Shown: positions 30,301-32,000 of the stretch, piece after piece
Numbering within the stretch: position 1 is the stretch's first letter
How the letters are laid out: each line of letters begins with the position of its first letter
Assembly: GCA_963662715.1 (NCBI GenBank)
Contig: OY759724.1
Coordinates: forward strand, 750,001 to 782,000
Origin: Candidatus Omnitrophota bacterium
GTDB taxonomy: Bacteria; Omnitrophota; Gorgyraeia; Zapsychrales; JANLHA01
Direction: 5' to 3'
Length of the DNA stretch: 32,000 bases
Notes under the pieces: generated by a model
What the model saw: the letters and a program-made list of their open reading frames with translations, nothing else
What the model was told of the DNA's origin: nothing
Database searches by the model: none
Program-made: the position numbers and the translations under genes

Positions 30301-32000
30301 TAACACTCTTCTGCGCCGGCGGCAACACGTCCCTGATTAACTGCCCCAGAGCGACACTCCCGTCTGCGATATAGTTTTTGAAAATCTCTTCCGGGACTTC
30401 TCTAACTGTTCCTTTTATACGGTTGTTCAACGTATTAAAAGAAACAACATCAACGCCCGCCCTCTTCCAGGCGACAACGAGATCATGCATCAACGCGCCC
30501 AAACCTCCGCTCATATTGACCTGAGAAATGAAACGGGTCAGTTCTTCCCCATATTTGGCTGCCAGCGTGTCGACCAGAAATCCGCGGTCCAGGGAGGCCT
30601 CCATCTGCAAACTGATAACCGTGCGGTCCATAAGATCGGGAACATTTTGGGCCGCCCAGGAATTTTCATCAACACCCTGCAGGTCAGCCTCCGTCGTCTC
30701 CCCCATCCGGACCGGCGCCGCTTTCTTGCCGTTTAACACGTCAACGGCCTCGGCCATAAAATCCAATATCTGCAAAGCGCTCAAAAGTTTCCGCTGATCT
30801 ATTCTTGATAAACTTGTCCGCACCGATGTCTCCGGCAGTTGCAGCGGAGATGAGACCGCTCCCTGTCCGTCTATCGACAAGCGGACAACATCATCCATCG
30901 CATCAGCCGCGGCCTTATTTCCGACTTCGGTGAGATTCACCTGGATATTAATAGGAGAACTCCCTGAAGCTGTTCCGGCCCCGCGCTCCTGATAACGGGC
31001 CGGCAGGTTTCCGCGAAGGTCTTCCCTTATATGTTTCACCGCCGTAAGCTGCATCCCTCCGGAAAAATACTTCCGGGGAATCGGCTGGGTCTCCTCCGGG
31101 TGGTTCTCTTCGCGGATATAATTGAACACGCCTTTTTCAAAAGCCATGAGATATTGTTGATAAATTTTCTCGCTGATCCGCTTGTCCTCGACATCAATGC
31201 CTTTTGTTCTGGTCTTATTGACATAAACCTTCCCCAGCAGGGATTGCCGCAGATTGTCTTTATACCAGGAGGCTAAAATGACCGAGTTATATATCTGCCG
31301 AAGGTTGGAAAACGTCTTGCTTTCATTCACTTCCTTTTCAAGTTCCGGGATGAGGATCTCCCGGACAATATCAGAAACATCCCCGCTGATTTCTTTGGCT
31401 TCATGGTCAGAGACATGATCAAGCCCGAATTTTTTAGTGCCCCGGGTTTTCTGTAAAGCAAGATAATCCTGTTCAAGCATAACCTTTAAATGGCTGTCGA
31501 CCACATAAGCTCCGCCGGCTTTCTCGTAAACGACAGCTTTATCCGGAACAATCCAGATTTTATTAAAAGTATTGACCGGGATATTGATCGTCCCGAAACG
31601 CCGGTAAGCTTTCTCATAAGCCCTTTGCCAGAATTCCTGCCCCAGTTTTTCTTCCGGATAAATTAACGAAGCAGAAATTTGTTTCAGCAAATAGTCTAAA
31701 GCTAAAAGATCCCGTCCCATTTCCGTCTTCCCGAAGGCCTTCGGGATAATACGGTCTTTTTCATAAGGGGAAAGGTTGACCCACATGTCTTCTTCCGGAA
31801 TTGTGAGAGCAGCCAGAAAATACTTAATTAAGTCCGTGGCTTGACGCCGGAATTCCTTCCCGTCAGGGTCCTCGTCTCCGGGATCAACAATAAAATCCAG
31901 ACGTAAGGGCTGGTCAGGATAAATCCGGACGCCCTGGATAATCATCGGGTTAAAAGTGCCGCTGAGACGGAGCATCTTCCCGGGAGGCGGCAGGTCCGGC
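27311..32000 (-). CDS. Giant secreted modular protein paralog (at least 1562 aa, N-terminus beyond window end) with head domain, embedded GT35 alpha-glucan phosphorylase-like domain and C-terminal tail motif
   Basis: The track ORF starts at an internal Met (31975). The frame stays open to 32000 and reads ...PDLPPPGKMLRLSGTF, which aligns with SLPQPGRILKISETF of the 2770-aa protein, so the true start is outside the window. Head-domain blocks LIKYFLAALT, WVNLSPYE, NIPVNTFNKIWIVPDKAVVYE and PRKYFSGG are shared. The phosphorylase motifs SGGLGALMHD and FLENYN...EASATSMMKALTNGA are present. The tail reads GGINLNPQLLDLQIKRDGEGVPLPLPQQPV...FLPVIINITPV. Confidence 0.9.
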   Translation of the reverse strand, partial: PDLPPPGKMLRLSGTFNPMIIQGVRIYPDQPLRLDFIVDPGDEDPDGKEFRRQATDLIKYFLAALTIPEEDMWVNLSPYEKDRIIPKAFGKTEMGRDLLALDYLLKQISASLIYPEEKLGQEFWQRAYEKAYRRFGTINIPVNTFNKIWIVPDKAVVYEKAGGAYVVDSHLKVMLEQDYLALQKTRGTKKFGLDHVSDHEAKEISGDVSDIVREILIPELEKEVNESKTFSNLRQIYNSVILASWYKDNLRQSLLGKVYVNKTRTKGIDVEDKRISEKIYQQYLMAFEKGVFNYIREENHPEETQPIPRKYFSGGMQLTAVKHIREDLRGNLPARYQERGAGTASGSSPINIQVNLTEVGNKAAADAMDDVVRLSIDGQGAVSSPLQLPETSVRTSLSRIDQRKLLSALQILDFMAEAVDVLNGKKAAPVRMGETTEADLQGVDENSWAAQNVPDLMDRTVISLQMEASLDRGFLVDTLAAKYGEELTRFISQVNMSGGLGALMHDLVVAWKRAGVDVVSFNTLNNRIKGTVREVPEEIFKNYIADGSVALGQLIRDVLPPAQKSVTLRLNDTDFRNKAVFDKAKQLVGRAVSKQELEQLGVDGGLAEALSSRLIQMGYLDQSQYVLKGLEDEAREAFSELDDEKFAKMKELLAQAQGRPITVDLYELESSFTTLPEFYEDAYYLDDDGNKQYIFDEIYSDEISPAKDWRVIQMVVYNKATQRFARMLQADGRIKSKVTWVENEIFVSLPKNEQMDLAELGIEQPPVTETAMRAEINHSVYKPAMYNPPEYAFKLMGFEEKDRQAIVFKEGGRDVIDIVRYAAENVDLFMGVSVYEHTPVLRNNLLPDLAHKIWQWYQGEQRNSNGVLFDQWQGHELRSIIDDYKVSLGLTAQTDDVQFYDKLEENPAELARFQSQFEQIKVLYMMDLYLWLQENQTQDLGGSQWLAQLLKESGLDSQTDVRALREEYAGLLNQALADVKNEGQWRALDEKLGKLKDVLIQNPVAANLRRQVPYKGPDIYKEILGILKDPRALKQFRDSKMRLALGGRIFGHEANQLFEELKGMVKDLGLGDQIAFLENYNPYDAPLIFRGVAATIMLSDEFLEASATSMMKALTNGAFMFGVWGGTMPELFDVIDVRTGQRVDVIKTGLTHNELLRGLKYGEYEIRNGYLIKYSGRKSQQEGGGRRPSAGNLLVGLARLGNRFNTESKQLLYNALRTSPKVDVEKSQSRAQLQLLQLALKMKTQRARLINDLLEHKEAVLTALDQPVEDRDPFFWQYINEKGVQNIASSEPSVADFLATYERLKLSGEQLRRVIAHHSNNGTAYNRRGDLIHHLEDLLGREGLEPLKTIYDNLVEGDIETALYQAWGTETIFEDAVHSANPEEALQEVFLELSREKGLLAEVDRLLEPVRDMSEQDIAKWNEVMKNLFAADGNVEKLRRPELSDGRDLYLPSQEIIQQAVASSPLFQSAITEEVVDNGQYGGINLNPQLLDLQIKRDGEGVPLPLPQQPVQQMDIGGFLPVIINITPVPNLPLLFGSDSDVEPGDEDQLSSLDAGAKQDVF

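Noticed and set aside
1-32000. A search for CRISPR arrays, tRNA/rRNA genes, transposases, integrases, inverted terminal repeats, and toxin-antitoxin or known defence genes.
   Set aside because: I saw no regularly spaced direct repeats, no tRNA-like T-arm/acceptor patterns, and no DDE, tyrosine-recombinase or serine-recombinase motifs in any frame. The only long DNA repeat is the giant-gene 5' end.

Overview
This is a bacterial chromosomal window using the standard genetic code, and 17 of the 20 CDS I call lie on the minus strand. Three paralogous giant genes for secreted modular proteins dominate it. They are a 2770-aa gene (440..8752), the 5' end of a tandem downstream paralog (1..402, which runs off the window), and a gene of at least 1562 aa (27311..32000, N-terminus off the window). 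All three share an N-terminal 'head' domain of about 330 aa that I cannot assign to a named family. The two with visible C-termini share a proline/hydrophobic 'tail' motif of about 56 aa. Their middles differ: HEAT-repeat arrays in one, and an embedded GT35 alpha-glucan-phosphorylase-like domain in the other. Between the giants lie ordinary-looking genes: ssb, a PspC-domain protein, lipoproteins, a beta-CASP MBL RNase, a DUF62 SAM hydroxide adenosyltransferase, and RlpA-like, SGNH-like and TRL lipoprotein genes. There is also a candidate c-di-GMP-I (GEMM-I) riboswitch with a terminator in front of a 77-aa secreted repeat peptide. A five-gene minus-strand operon encodes an HExxH+DUF58 fusion, a MoxR AAA+ ATPase, an LTxxQ periplasmic coiled-coil protein, a radical SAM protein and a DUF362/4Fe-4S protein. 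A tiny two-ORF unit sits behind a perfect consensus promoter. I recognised no rRNA, tRNA, CRISPR array, transposase or integrase. The giant-gene architecture reminds me of uncultivated lineages such as Omnitrophota, but that is an unverified impression.
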